Assembly: GCA_964016885.1 (NCBI GenBank)
Contig: OZ024745.1
Span: forward strand, 126,418,001 to 126,482,000
Origin: Eledone cirrhosa
Lineage: Eukaryota
Direction of reading: 5' to 3'
DNA length: 64,000 nucleotides
Each line of letters starts with the position of its first letter. Within the stretch, counting starts at the first letter, position 1. The position numbers and the translations under genes were made by a program. The notes beneath the pieces were generated by a model. It saw nothing but the letters and a program-made list of their open reading frames with translations. It was not told the origin of the DNA and did not search any database. Shown piece after piece: positions 13,498 to 25,104 of the stretch.

Positions 13498-14110
13498 AGG
13501 TCACCAGTTGGTACTACTGGTAACATGTATCCCAGTACAACCTGTCTCATGGTCGGGTCGTTGGCGACTAAACTGGCAACCCCACCAAGGTTTCTTGGTG
13601 TGGAGGGTGACTTTGGACATCCTGCAGGACTAGAAACAAAACCTGCCAGAGGGAAAAGGAGCTCTTAAAAGTCAATGGCCATCCACAATCACCGGGAGAG
13701 ATGACCCATTAGCCTTTGTGAAGGCAGAATTCTAGGAGAAGGAAAACTCTGATATATATAACACCTGCAACCCTGATGGTATCCAATGATGTTGGCTTGT
13801 TCTTCTTTTTGGTAAATATCATCTTGGTTAAGAGAGTGGGACTGGCTTTGTGCAGTGCCTTTGCTCACTATAAAAGCTTACCGGCACAGGCATTGCTTTG
13901 TATCTGGAGATCTCTCTACACTTGTCGTCACATGGTACCATGGGCCCAGCACTATGTGTCAATAATTGTCACAAGTGTAGTGTTTGTACCAGAGTTTTCA
14001 AGTCGCTGGCTGGACTAAAAAGTCACACTCGTTGAGCGCAACGGTAGGGGTTCTCCTACATGGATATAAAGTAGTGGCCGTACTCGAAAACGAGTTGGCA
14101 GCCACCATGT
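13498..14110 (+). mobile_element. Non-autonomous RTE-derived retroelement (5'UTR-like part fused to 3' end)
   Basis: 3' part encodes a C2H2-like remnant HKCSVCTRVFKSLAGLKSH and ends ACTCGAAAACGAGT...GCAGCCACC in a (TATG)n tract. A related copy lies at 58207-58465(-). Confidence 0.65.
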
Positions 14111-14189
14111 ATATATGTATGTATGTATCTATGTATGTATATATTATATCTAAAGTCTAAAGTCTGTCTTAAACCAGAAAGCTCATTTG

Positions 14190-14424
14190 GCTGGTGCTTA
14201 TCCTGATTTCATGGTGTGAAGCCAATGAGAGTACAAGACTTCCCCCTGGACAGGACGCCAGTCCATCGCAGGGTTAAACCTCCAGATATTGCTGGTACTC
14301 ATTTTCAGCTGAGTATACTGGAGCAATGTGAAATGAAATGTTTTGCTCAAGAACACAACACACAAGCCAGGAATCGAGCCCACGACATTATGATCGTAAG
14401 TCCAACACCCTTACCACTGAGCCA
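14190..14424 (-). mobile_element. V-SINE-like tRNA SINE
   Basis: Minus strand: TGGCTCAGTGGT A box, CTCGATTCC B-box-like motif, GTGTTCTTGAGCAA, and the V-domain-like CCTGCGATGGACTGGCGTCCTGTCCAGGG. Confidence 0.75.
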
Positions 14425-14808
14425 TATATTGTATGCGAAAATTAAAAGTAAAAAGAAGAGAACGATATAGTACAGGGAAGATATATATATTAGTTTAACG
14501 CTTGATATAGTAGGAAAAGAGTCTCAATGTTTCAGATATGTGTCCTTCATCACAAGATAAAATGTGGGATGGAAAAAGAAATAGAATGATAGGCAAGATT
14601 ATGATGCAGAAAGCATCATAAAAGAGAGAGTGAGGGTTTGAGAGAGAGGGAGAGAGAGGAGAAGGAGTGTGTGTGTGTGTGAGGAAGAGAGTGGGGTTGA
14701 GAGAGAGGGGGGGTGAGGAAGAGAGGGGGGTTGAAAGAGACAGAGAGAGTGAGAGAGAGGAGCGAAAGAGTTTGTGTGAGAGAGAGAGTGAGGGTCAGAG
14801 AGATAGTG

Positions 14809-14859
<51 letters not shown>

Positions 14860-15112
14860 GAGAATGAGAGAGGAGACGGGTACGGGTGGAGGAAACGTCA
14901 ATCATCGTTTTGTGAAATTAACCAGTGTGTGTTTTTTCTCTCTCAGTTTCTGTATAACTTAGTATTGTTATGTAAGATATGTCGGGAGATTTACATTACC
15001 CTATGTACGTCTGCACGTATTAGTGCACGTATTTCAAATATAGTCGGATAGCTTTGACATAACCTCTGAAATACACATATCTCATACACATATATTCTCT
15101 TCGTCTTCTTCC

Positions 15113-15356
15113 TCATCATCATCAACATCAGCGACGTCATCGTCGTCATCATTATCATCATAGTCATAGTCATTCATCATCATCGTTATAGTCATCATCG
15201 TCATGGTCGCCATCATCGTCACCATCATCATCGCCATCATCGTCATCTTCATTATCATCATCGTCATCATCATCATCATCATCATCATTGTCATTATCAT
15301 CATCATCATCATCATCGTCATCCTCATCGTCATCATCATCATCATCATCATCATCG
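15113..15356. repeat. (CAT)n microsatellite
   Basis: Directly visible. Confidence 0.95.
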
Positions 15357-15499
15357 AAGGGCATCTCAGAAGAATCCTTCCAACAGTACATAGAAGCATG
15401 GCAGAAAAGAATGGAATAGAACAGTAAACTCGAAAACTTTGAAAGGAAAACCATGTAGTTTGTTTATGGGAATTGAAATAAATTGATCGATAAATTGAT

Positions 15500-15668
15500 C
15501 GATAAAAGACCTTGGGCTGATCGCTTTTGATGTCCGTTTTAAGCGCCGAAACATCTATCATCTGCGGTTACAGCTGATGAAGGATTTCTTCTCTTGTTTC
15601 GTCCATATTACCATCTTAAACTTTGTTTACAGTAACAACACAGCTCACTTCGTTTCTTGTAATTTTGT
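15500..15668 (+). mobile_element. TA-flanked Penelope-like terminal fragment with degenerate HHR (family of 44971-45188)
   Basis: CTGAT..CGCTT-loop-AAGCGCC-GAAA-CATCTA. Colinear with the reverse complement of 44971-45106. Confidence 0.5.
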
Positions 15669-15920
15669 ATATATATATAAATGAAAATAGAGAAATTAAT
15701 GTGAGCAAGAAGCCAACAGGAGATCATAATATATAAGTGACTATTACGTCTAGATGGAAAATATTTAACGTAAGATATGGGAAAATATATATAACGAAGG
15801 AGGTGTGGTAAGGAACCAGATGGAACCAGAGTAAAACCGAAGTTGCAGCTAATGCAGCATCTCTCGAAAGAACAATCCTCTGAAGCTTGCACAAGTACTC
15901 GATAAGACATATATATATAT

Positions 15921-16084
15921 GAAAGAGTCGGAACCCCGGCGGCTGAGCTCTTGCCATTTCAACGGTCTGAAACTAGCTGTTGAAACAGCAACAGCTCAGC
16001 CGCCGGGATCCTGATTCTACTACCCTAAGTATCAAGTATTCTGGTAAGTAATTGTCTAACCAATTTCTAACTGAATCCATCATG

Positions 16085-16085
<1 letters not shown>
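15921..16085. mobile_element. TA-embedded hairpin element (ACGAAGG family), diverged copy
   Basis: Inverted repeat 15924-16018 containing CGGCTGAGCTC. Homologous to 44734-44937. Confidence 0.7.
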
Positions 16086-16183
<98 letters not shown>

Positions 16184-16231
16184 GATATCAATGATATTAA
16201 TAAATGGAAACTATATTTATAAAACCATATT

Positions 16232-16292
16232 TATTCTATTATATATATTTCAAGGGTACCAAAACTTTGGTACGCCCTCATCAGATAAAATA
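16232..16292 (-). ncRNA. Minimal type-I hammerhead ribozyme, canonical core
   Basis: UAUUUUAU-CUGAUGA-GGGCGUACC AAAGUUUU GGUACCCUU-GAAA-UAUAUA-UA-AUAGAAUA. Stems I and II pair, stem III is palindromic, cleavage triplet AUA. Confidence 0.8.
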
Positions 16293-16611
16293 CAAAGTTT
16301 GTTTTATAAATAGTGGCATACCCAGGAATCAGACCTGAACGGTTCAAGTTCCGTCTGGATAGGGTATTTTAGGAAAATCTGCTTCGTAGAATCAAGACGT
16401 ATCTGAGGACCTTGCGATTTTCAGAGTCAGGTTCGATCATCACATCGATCGTGCCTCCAGCTGGTCGCCAGAGAAACGATTATAATATGTCCAATAACTT
16501 CCATTCGTCGCAACACTGATTCTCTTTTTTTCTGTGATATCATAGTCTGCTCTGAGAGCATTGAGTGGTCATACGGCCTACCGCATACGGACGCTTTAAG
16601 CATCCAACACC

Positions 16612-16647
<36 letters not shown>

Positions 16648-16700
16648 CGAAGGAATTGTGGTAAGGAAACGGCTTGAGCTCTGCCGTCGGGGTCATACCT

Positions 16701-16731
<31 letters not shown>

Positions 16732-17199
16732 CGTACATATGGTGTTTATGTCAGGGGTGTGTTGGGATCTAACAGCGACACAAAATTGAAATTCTTATTA
16801 TTGTTATTAGACTGCTAATAAGGAAGCTAAATTGGTAGCGTCATTACAGCATTGTACAGATAATTAGCGAATTGTTCAAAATGCCAGCATATGACAATGG
16901 TAAATAATTGTTTCTACTTTTGGCACAAAGCCAGCAATTACTCAGTGCATTACTGGTACTTTATTTTATCGACCCCGTAAGGATGAAAGTCAAAGTTAAT
17001 CTCGGCGGGATTTGAACTCAGAATGGAAAGGGCCATAACTCTATACGTCAACGCATGGCGTCCGACCCTCTACCGATACTATGCATTTGCTTTTGCTGGC
17101 ACAAAGAAAGAGCCATAGAAATACTCTCTAACAGAACATATCTTTCAACAATAGTGATGCGAGCTTAGACAGTATGGAGGGGCGTCGTAGTGTGCAGGA

Positions 17200-17908
17200 A
17201 CCAATGTTGCTGGTCGGTTCGTGGCCCCAGTGCAGAGAATGGAGAAAACCTTTCCGCGGAAGATGGCGAGAGAAACTCTCTGAATTAACAACTCCAACTA
17301 GCTGGACTCACACCTGCAGGTGGCTCACTACATCCCGATAATTGTTTCTACGTTAGGCACAAGGCCAGCAATTACCCAGTGCATTACTGGTACTTTATTT
17401 TATCGACCCCGTAAGGATGAAAGGCAAAGTTAACCTTGGCGGGATTTGAACTCAGAATGGCAAGGGCCGTAACTCTATACGTCAAAGCATCGCGTCCGAC
17501 CCTCTACCAATACTGCCAATCCAACCTTATAACATAATTGTTTCTACTTTAGGCACAAGGCCAGCAATTACCCAGTGCATTACTGGTACTTTATTTTATC
17601 GAACCCGTAAGGATGAAAGGCAAAGTCAACCTCGGCGGGATTTGAACTCAGATCGTAAAGGGACGTAACTATGCTGGAAAGCATGGCGTCCGACTCTCTA
17701 CCGATACTGCCAATCCACATCCCGATAATATTGAGTAGGGAGGTCGCCCGAAGGCCAAGAACACTGCAATTCTCCACTGCTATAGGTTCGACCACAAATC
17801 TATCAGAAAGTGACTGTTACATCAACAGTTTGCTATCTTCCGTCTGACGAGCAGCAAAACTTGAGTTAGTCGCCGAATGTTTCAAATTGCCGTTGGAGAA
17901 ACTGTCAC
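17200..17908 (-). mobile_element. CRE retrotransposon 3' fragment interrupted by two SINE copies (17339-17718)
   Basis: Minus strand gives RFVVEPIAVENCSVLG...VSLAIFRGKVFSIL. TSD ACATCCCGATAAT at 17330 and 17718. Confidence 0.8.
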
Positions 17909-18205
17909 TGAGCAGTATTTGTTCAAGCTCTTTACGTTCTGAGTTCACATCCCATCATGGCCAACTTTTCATTTCCTCCTTCCAGTGCCGATAAATAAAG
18001 TACCAGTGAAGTATTGGGGGTCGATATAACAAACTTTCTCCTTCCCCCAAATTTCTGGATTTGGGCCAAAATTAGAAAGAATTATTACTACTGTTACTTT
18101 AAAAAATTACTCTTCGTAGATCTATTTCTTTTCTGATACAAACACACACACACATACACACATACACACATACACACATACACACGCGCGCAATATATAT
18201 GTATG

Positions 18206-18275
<70 letters not shown>

Positions 18276-18279
18276 TATA

Positions 18280-18314
<35 letters not shown>

Positions 18315-18402
18315 ATAATAATAAATGTGAAGACTAAAATCCAAAGAGGGCTCGATAAGGATAAATATATATCAAATATATAAGAACCATAGAGCAAATA
18401 TT

Positions 18403-18521
18403 TATTAAAATAACAGATTAAAATTTAAGCAAAGAATCGGTGCTTTCACCCTTAACGGTATCTTCAGAAGATCCCGTTAAGGGTGAAAGCAGCGATTCTT
18501 TTCTTAAATTTTAATCTGTTA

Positions 18522-18529
<8 letters not shown>
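18403..18529. repeat. Near-perfect palindrome, 63-bp arms and 1-nt loop, containing a partial HHR core
   Basis: Centre TCTTC-A-GAAGA at 18466 with about 3 mismatches. Minus strand reads CUGAAGA-UACC GUUAAG GGU-GAAA. Confidence 0.85.
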
Positions 18530-18610
<81 letters not shown>

Positions 18611-18652
18611 AATATAAATATTAATAAAATAGATGTTCTTTTGATCAATTAA

Positions 18653-18697
18653 ATTTTATTATACATATTTCAGAGGTACGTCCTCATCAGACAAAAT
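18653..18697 (-). ncRNA. Type-I hammerhead ribozyme with shortened stem II
   Basis: AUUUUGU-CUGAUGA-GGACGUACCUCU-GAAA-UAUGUA-UA-AUAAAAU. Confidence 0.65.
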
Positions 18698-18800
18698 ATA
18701 ATGATACATGACATACCCTGAGATGTTAAATGGTTAAGATTTAATCAAGGTAGTTAAATCTTAACCATTTAACATCTCAGGGTATGTCATGTATCATTAT

Positions 18801-18853
18801 ATTTTGTCTGATGAGGACGTACTGTTGTACTTCTGAAATATGTATAATAAAAT
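18801..18853 (+). ncRNA. Type-I hammerhead ribozyme, canonical core
   Basis: AUUUUGU-CUGAUGA-GGACGUAC UGUU GUACUUCU-GAAA-UAUGUA-UA-AUAAAAU, cleavage triplet AUA. Confidence 0.8.
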
Positions 18854-19229
18854 TTAATTGATCAAAAGAACATCTATTTTATTAATATTTATATTTTAAT
18901 ATTAATAACTCTGGAAAATATATAATACTGTAAAGTGCTTCCAATCTACTGTAAAACTTATTCTTTGATGTACTTATTGAATCTTGTTTAACTCTTTAAT
19001 ATATATATATGCGTGTATGTGCGTGTATGTGTGTGTGTATTGTTGTAAAACATTTCAGTAGACATAGAATGTGTTTTTTAAACAAAACAAAACGTTTTTA
19101 TTTGTTTTGTTGTGTTGTTGTATTGTTTTTATAAACGACTGTGTCTTACCATTCCTAACTGAACTGGCAATAATGGGTCCTATTTGCCAATATACTTTGT
19201 AGTCTTTGTGTTTAAATTAGTAATCGTTG

Positions 19230-19420
19230 GTGAATTGGCGGTATCGGTAGAGGGTCGGACGCCATGCTTTGCAGCGTAGAGTTACGTCCCTTTATTGTCT
19301 GAGTTCAAATCCCGCCGAGGTTAAATTTGCCTTTCATCCTTACGGGGTCGATAAAATAAAGTACCAGTAATACACTGGGATAATTGCTGGCCTTGTGCCT
19401 AAAAGTAGAAACCGTTATTA
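19230..19420 (+). mobile_element. Major SINE, full length, sense orientation
   Basis: TGGCGGTATCGGT A box, GAGTTCAAATCC B box, core and tail. Confidence 0.9.
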
Positions 19421-19497
19421 GACTCTTACTAATTCTCGAATATATCAATCTTTTAATTGCTTTACATTATCCTTGTTATCGACATACACCTATACAG

Positions 19498-19659
19498 TCT
19501 GACAATACTCCAACACACTACACACAAGTTCCAGAAGGTAAAAAGCAATATTCGGGAAGCGAAATAACTAATAATGGAGCCGAAGCCGAAGTCGATATCG
19601 AACCACAGATTTCGAACCCGCAGGGAGCTTACAAACACTACAACATTGACAGGCAATAA
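19498..19659 (+). CDS. Possible coding exon SDNTPTHYTQVPEG...YKHYNIDRQ*
   Basis: Non-repetitive open frame after a weak tatacag acceptor. An alternative AAG|GTAAAA donor lies at 19549. Confidence 0.2.
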   Translation, partial: SDNTPTHYTQVPEGKKQYSGSEITNNGAEAEVDIEPQISNPQGAYKHYNIDRQ

Positions 19660-20091
19660 AGACTAGGCCTGTTTATTTATTTATAATTGTTTCTACTTTA
19701 GGCACAATTATTTATAATGCCATTTTATCAATGTTTACGAAGCCAAAGAAAGGGGAATTAAAAAAATCGGAAGAGAAAAGAAAATATATGACAGTAAAAA
19801 TAAATAAACGCAAATTTATTGAAATCAAATGTGTGGAGAATGAAGAAGCTTCCTGTATGTTTTGGAACACAATCATCCGTTCATGTGTACTGCTACTAGA
19901 GAGACTCTTATCACATCCGACCAGATTCTAAAAATAAGCTGCGATATTTGTACAATTTAGATTCATTGCTTAATAAATAACATATATGCCCTGTTATTTA
20001 GATTCTCAGGACTTGTTTAGGAAAGGTGGGGTGGTGGTGGTGGTGCAAAGCATTAGCCAAAGTAAAATCGTCATCAAAGGACAAACACCTC

Positions 20092-20545
20092 TACCACCAC
20101 CGCGACCGTCACGTCCTCACCACCACCACCACGACCATCACGTCTCCAGCACTACCACCACCATCACCACCACCACCACTACCACGACCATCACCTCACC
20201 CCCTCACCACCACTACCATCACGTCTCCACCACCACCACCATCACCACCACCATCACCACCAACACGACCATCACGCCACCATCACCACCACGACCATCA
20301 CGTCCCCACCACCACCATCACGTCCCCCACCACTACCACCACCATAACCACCAACACCACCGCCACCATCACTACCACCATCACCACCACGACCATCACG
20401 TCCCCACCACCACCATCACGTCCCCACCACTACCACCACCACCACCATAACCACCAACACCACCGCCACCATCACTACCACCACCACCACCACCACGACC
20501 ATCACGTCCCCACCACTACAACCACTATTACTACTAACAACACCA
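20092..20545. repeat. (CCA)n-based degenerate minisatellite
   Basis: Recurring CACGACCATCACGTCCCCACC units. Confidence 0.9.
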
Positions 20546-20949
20546 GCGACACTACTTGTAATATCATCATCATTATCATCATAGTATACCTAATATGTTT
20601 GCCACCATTACCGCAGTTGACGACACCACGGCAGTCATTCCATTACAATCAGCTTCTGATGGTGGTCGTTGTTTTCGAGGGTTATCAAGTGTTGGGGGTA
20701 GTTATTAGTAATAAGAGTGGTTGTCGTGGAGACATACAGCCTAGCGAATGAGAGAGCGGGTGACTACCGAACAATCAGCAGAGAATTTGGTGGTAGAATC
20801 CCGCCACGACGTAGATAATTAACTAAAGTAGTCATAATCTGCAGCGGGAGCACTGTGGAATTAACGAATGTATATTCCGCTTGAGGGCCAATGTTCAGCG
20901 CCATCTTCCGGGGTAACGTTTTCTCCATTCTGTTTGACATAGACTTGCT

Positions 20950-21007
20950 CACACACACGCACGCACGCACGCACGCGCACACACAGACACACAGACACAC
21001 ACATACA

Positions 21008-21060
<53 letters not shown>

Positions 21061-21238
21061 GACACAAACACACGCACACATACAGACACACAGACAGACA
21101 GACACACACACACACACACAGAGAGACACACAGACACACACACACAGACACACACACAGACGCACACACACATACACACACAAACACATACACACATAGA
21201 CACACACAGACACAGAATCACACACACACACACACACA
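20950..21238. repeat. (CA)n microsatellite
   Basis: Directly visible. Confidence 0.95.
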
Positions 21239-21895
21239 AGCCCGCATCACTATGGTAGCGATGCTGAAGAACAAATGGCGCCCTAAACATGGGCTTCCAC
21301 ACAAACAAGGAAACGCTCCGCAGTCCACTTCACCCAGACTCGCAGCACTGCGGTGGTGATGCTAACTTGTACTCTCACCTAATGTTTCTTATTATTATTG
21401 ATATTTGTATTATTTTCTACGTGTGTTTGTATAGATAGACCTCTTCAGTGAAGTACAAACTTTATTGTGCTTCATAATATAATTGGTTCTACTTTTGGCA
21501 CAAGGCCAGCAATTACTCCAGTGTATTACTAGTACTTTATTTTATTGAACCCATAGGGAGAAAAGGCAAAGTTAACCTCGGTGGGATTTGAACTGAAACC
21601 GTAAAGGGCCTTAACTCTATGTTACAAAGAATAGCGTCCGACCTTCTACCGATACTGCCAATCCATCGCTTCATAATATAATTGTTTCTACATTTGGCAG
21701 AAGGCCAGCAATAACCCAGTACATTACTGGTACTTTATTTTATCGACCCGTAAGGATGAAAGGCAAAGTTACCCTCGGCGGGATTTGAATATAATGAAGA
21801 GAAGGTTGTTATGTTGATGTAAGGTGTTGAACATGAATAAGTGTGAACATCTACATGTGTTGCCTCTCTAAATTATCTAATTTGTGGTTTATATG

Positions 21896-22193
21896 TCCTT
21901 CTTCTTCGCCCACTTATTCCTGGGAGGATCTTTGGGGTAGAACCCTCAAACACTCCCTCTAGCGGGTCCTGTCTAAAGCAAACGTCTCCAAGTGATTCGG
22001 CTGGGTCCCCAAGTGAGACCAGCCAAGCTCATGGGTGTTATCCAACCATCTTGCTCGCCGTCTACCCCTGGGTCTCCTACCTGCTGGTTTTGCTCGTGAA
22101 AGCTGTCCAGAGACATTCTAACCACATGTCCATAGTATCGGAGCTGTGATCTCTCAATTCGGAAAAGTAGCGGCTCTACATGGAGTGACTCTC
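21896..22193 (-). mobile_element. 5'-truncated RTE-clade (Expander/Rex3-like) LINE 3' end
   Basis: Minus strand RESLHVEPLLFRIERSQLRYYGHVVRMS and, after a frameshift, AKPAGRRPRGRRRARWLD. 12-bp TSD GTGGTTTATATG at 21884 and 22194. Confidence 0.85.
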
Positions 22194-23105
22194 GTGGTTT
22201 ATATGATCCCTAAAATTCCTTCTTGTGGTATTTACTTAACTCTGGTTACACAGACTCTCACTTCCCTTGTCACCATTGGAAATGCAGTAAAATGGTAATT
22301 GACCAGTTGGAAACCTGTAACCAACGACATAAATGTTTATGAAATACAAGATATAACCTGAAAACAAGGCTAAATTAAATGCATTCTTCATTGACATTAA
22401 CTAAGTAGGTAATATAAGTTAAGTACAATAAGAGTTAAAACTACAGCTATCCTCAAAGATAAAGCGTTTTTGCCTGTCCTAACATACAGTGCTACTAGAG
22501 ATCTAAGGTTATATTTTGTAGTATAGTTAAAACCGAGAAGGAAATTGTATTATATGTCTTTCCTACGTCAACACCATACCATTTATTCACAAGGAAAATG
22601 TATGAAATTGTGTAACGTTCATTTTTTTCTCGTTTATAAATAAATCGTCTTGCTCAAGAATACAACGCATCGCTTGATGTTTGTGAATCCAACTCTCTAA
22701 TCACTAAACCACTGGCCTTCATAAGGAATCATATACTTATATTAAATAATCTATAAATATGTGGCTTTACATTATCTGGACTTGATACTTTATAAACAGT
22801 GGTTGGCATTCACCGTTTAGTTGGCCACATATAACCTCTGGTTTCGGTAACTTAGTTATATATTTTATTTCCTACACATTTTCATTTGATATAACATAGG
22901 CCTGTAGTAATGTTGAAAATATACATGACCTACAAAAGCTAAATATTATTTGCTCACAACAGACGTTGTATTCAAGCCGTTGGAAATGGGTCATGATATG
23001 TTTTTCACGTTAGGGAAATGACATTTATTTTTTAGCTGCAATTTTACAACTGTCAATGCTGCTTGTGATACTAGCCTGGTTTAGAGCGAGACAAATCGAT
23101 GCTTC

Positions 23106-23718
23106 TATGGGATCAACTGAAAAGTTGATAGGCTGACTATGAAGGAATGATAATAGAGCTGTGAAATCTTATATGTCATTAATTTCAACTCTTATAAATA
23201 ACTGCACTGTTTCCTTCCGGGGACTATGTCGAAAAATAAACCTCATTTAGTCATTCCATGAGAGTACCTTGGTCATAGATTAGCTATGAATGAGTGAAGC
23301 TAGAACTGTGAAATCTTGCATGCATTAATTCCAAACTGCATTGTTTCCTTCCAGGGGCTATGTCGAAAAATAAACCTCATTTGCTCATTCCATGAGAGTA
23401 TCATGGTCATAAGCTGACTATGAAGGAGTGATGATAGAGCTGTGAAATCTTACTTGCATTAATTCCAACTCTTCTTATTAATAGCTGCATTGTTTCTTTC
23501 CAGTGGCTATGTTCAAATATAAACCTCATTTGGTCATTCCATGAGAGTAACTTGATCATAGGTTAGCTATGAATGAGCTGTGAAATCTTGCATGAATTAA
23601 TTCCAACTCTTCTTGTTAACAACTGCATTGTTTCCTTTCGGGGACTACGTTAAAAAATAAACCTCATTTGATCATTCCATGAGAGTATCTTTGTCAGTCA
23701 ATGAACTTTCTAGCCTAT
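23106..23718 (+). mobile_element. Mariner-derived MITE with four internal tandem units of 134-149 bp
   Basis: TIR-like ends (ACTGAAAAGTTGATAGGCTGAC / GTCAGTCAATGAACTTTCTAGCC). Each unit ends with the mariner 3' subterminal AAATAAACCTCATTT..TCATTCCATGAGAGTA also seen at 2597 and 25896. Confidence 0.8.
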
Positions 23719-24339
23719 AAACGTTTCTGCCGATTCTCATACATCATCTTCAGAAGTTAAGCAAAGCCACACATAAAGGTTATCTTAAAAGAAGAATCCT
23801 TATCACATATATAATTTATATGTATTTAATCATTTTTCTAAGTAAACGAATTTATTTTGTGAATAATATAACGTGTTGTATATATAAAATGTAGTTGAAA
23901 CGTCACAATGAAACTTGGATATATTAATGAAAAGTAGTGATGTTGGTTTCAAGTATGTAGCAACTTATTGAGTTGTTGCTAATTCTATTTTCCACTTGAG
24001 CGACGTGGCGTTTCTTCTGCTGCTTTTATACCGACGGAGTGAATATGTTCTATAGGTAACCTCTTAAATGTGTTTTTTATGGGCCCCATGTACTTCTTCT
24101 TGGTATCATTTTCGCCTAATATTTTCCATGCTATCATTTAATTGTTTCTACTTTTGGCACAAGGCCAGCAATTATACCAGTGCATTACTGGTACTTTATT
24201 TAAGGATGAAAGGCAAAGTTAACCTCGGTGGGATTTGAACTCAGACTGTAAATGGTCGTAACTCTATGTTGCAAAGCATGGTGTCCGACCCTCTAGCGAT
24301 ACTGCCAATCTAATGCATGGTATCATGTAGTTAAAAATT

Positions 24340-25065
24340 AATGCAAGTTTTTAAACATTGATTTTAAAACACCGTATCTCTGTTCAGAATAAACTTTATT
24401 GATCCAAATAAAAACCATTAGAATCTCCAGATTTTTGCTGACATGATACAAGTTTATAGATTCTGATACCACAGAATTCTGAAGGTCTGAAGACGATGGA
24501 TTCCCCGAAGGTATTCGTGCGGCTGTTTGGATGTTGAAGACTTTTCCTTGCAAGACGTTGTTGAAATACTTGAAAAAGTGATAGTCGGTTTGTGAATGAT
24601 CTACTGAGTATGTCGTGGTGTATCGCAGTAAATTTCCTTCAACTCTTGGATCATTAATCGTGCGATGTGTGGTCGAACGTTGTCGTGATACTTTTCACTT
24701 GTGATAATACTTCTCTGCTGTGATTGTTTTGCCATAACCTAACTTTGGGGAGTGTTTAGGAGCTTGTTCTCGGTCCAACTACTATGATGAATGCCGTCCG
24801 TTCTTGTATAGGATGCATTTTTAATGCAATCAGGAAATGGATCATTTTTGTTAAAGAAGTGAAGAATAGACTTCGTAACGGGTATTTTCTGACTATCGCT
24901 CACATCGAGTAGTAGCCGTTTCTGAAGCTGCTTTGACTTTACAATTTCGTTCAAACGTTCAGAAATTGTTCCAATAATTACATCTAATTCTTCTGCGTGG
25001 TCTCAAACAGCTGTACGAAGATTTGCTCTTCCCAAACCCTTCAATTCATCGTGATGATGGATGAT
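24340..25065 (-). pseudogene. Degenerate mariner transposase (cecropia/Hsmar1-like)
   Basis: Fragments NKNDPFPDCI, HDNVRPH and YSVDHSQTDYHFFKYFNNVLQGKVF align by eye with the HDNARPH and YSPDLSPTDYHFFKHLDNFLQGK motifs. Many stops and frameshifts. Confidence 0.8.
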
Positions 25066-25104
25066 AGGCGATTGACTATAAATCAAATAGCCAATACTAT
25101 TAAG

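Larger units (their letters stand above)
18602..18904. mobile_element. Fold-back element (arms ~143-151 bp, 9-nt loop) with one hammerhead per arm
   Basis: Arms 18602-18744 and 18754-18904 differ mainly by an 8-nt indel in HHR stem II. (TA)n lies immediately left and ~95 bp to the right. Confidence 0.85.

Noticed and set aside
14520-14562. Minus-strand GUGAUGA..GAAAC hammerhead-like motif
   Set aside because: Broken core and no convincing stems. At most a decayed relic.
19230-19330. tRNA gene (A and B boxes)
   Set aside because: It is a SINE head: no cloverleaf, and it continues into the SINE core found in dozens of copies.
22240-23100. Exon-like segments (22240-22357 minus, 22900-23100 plus) and a similar one at 27163-27255
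   Set aside because: Acceptors are present but frames and donors are ambiguous, so they cannot be supported without RNA data.
23128-23700. CRISPR-like repeat-spacer array
   Set aside because: Whole units are homologous, with no unique spacers, and they derive from mariner ends in a eukaryotic context.
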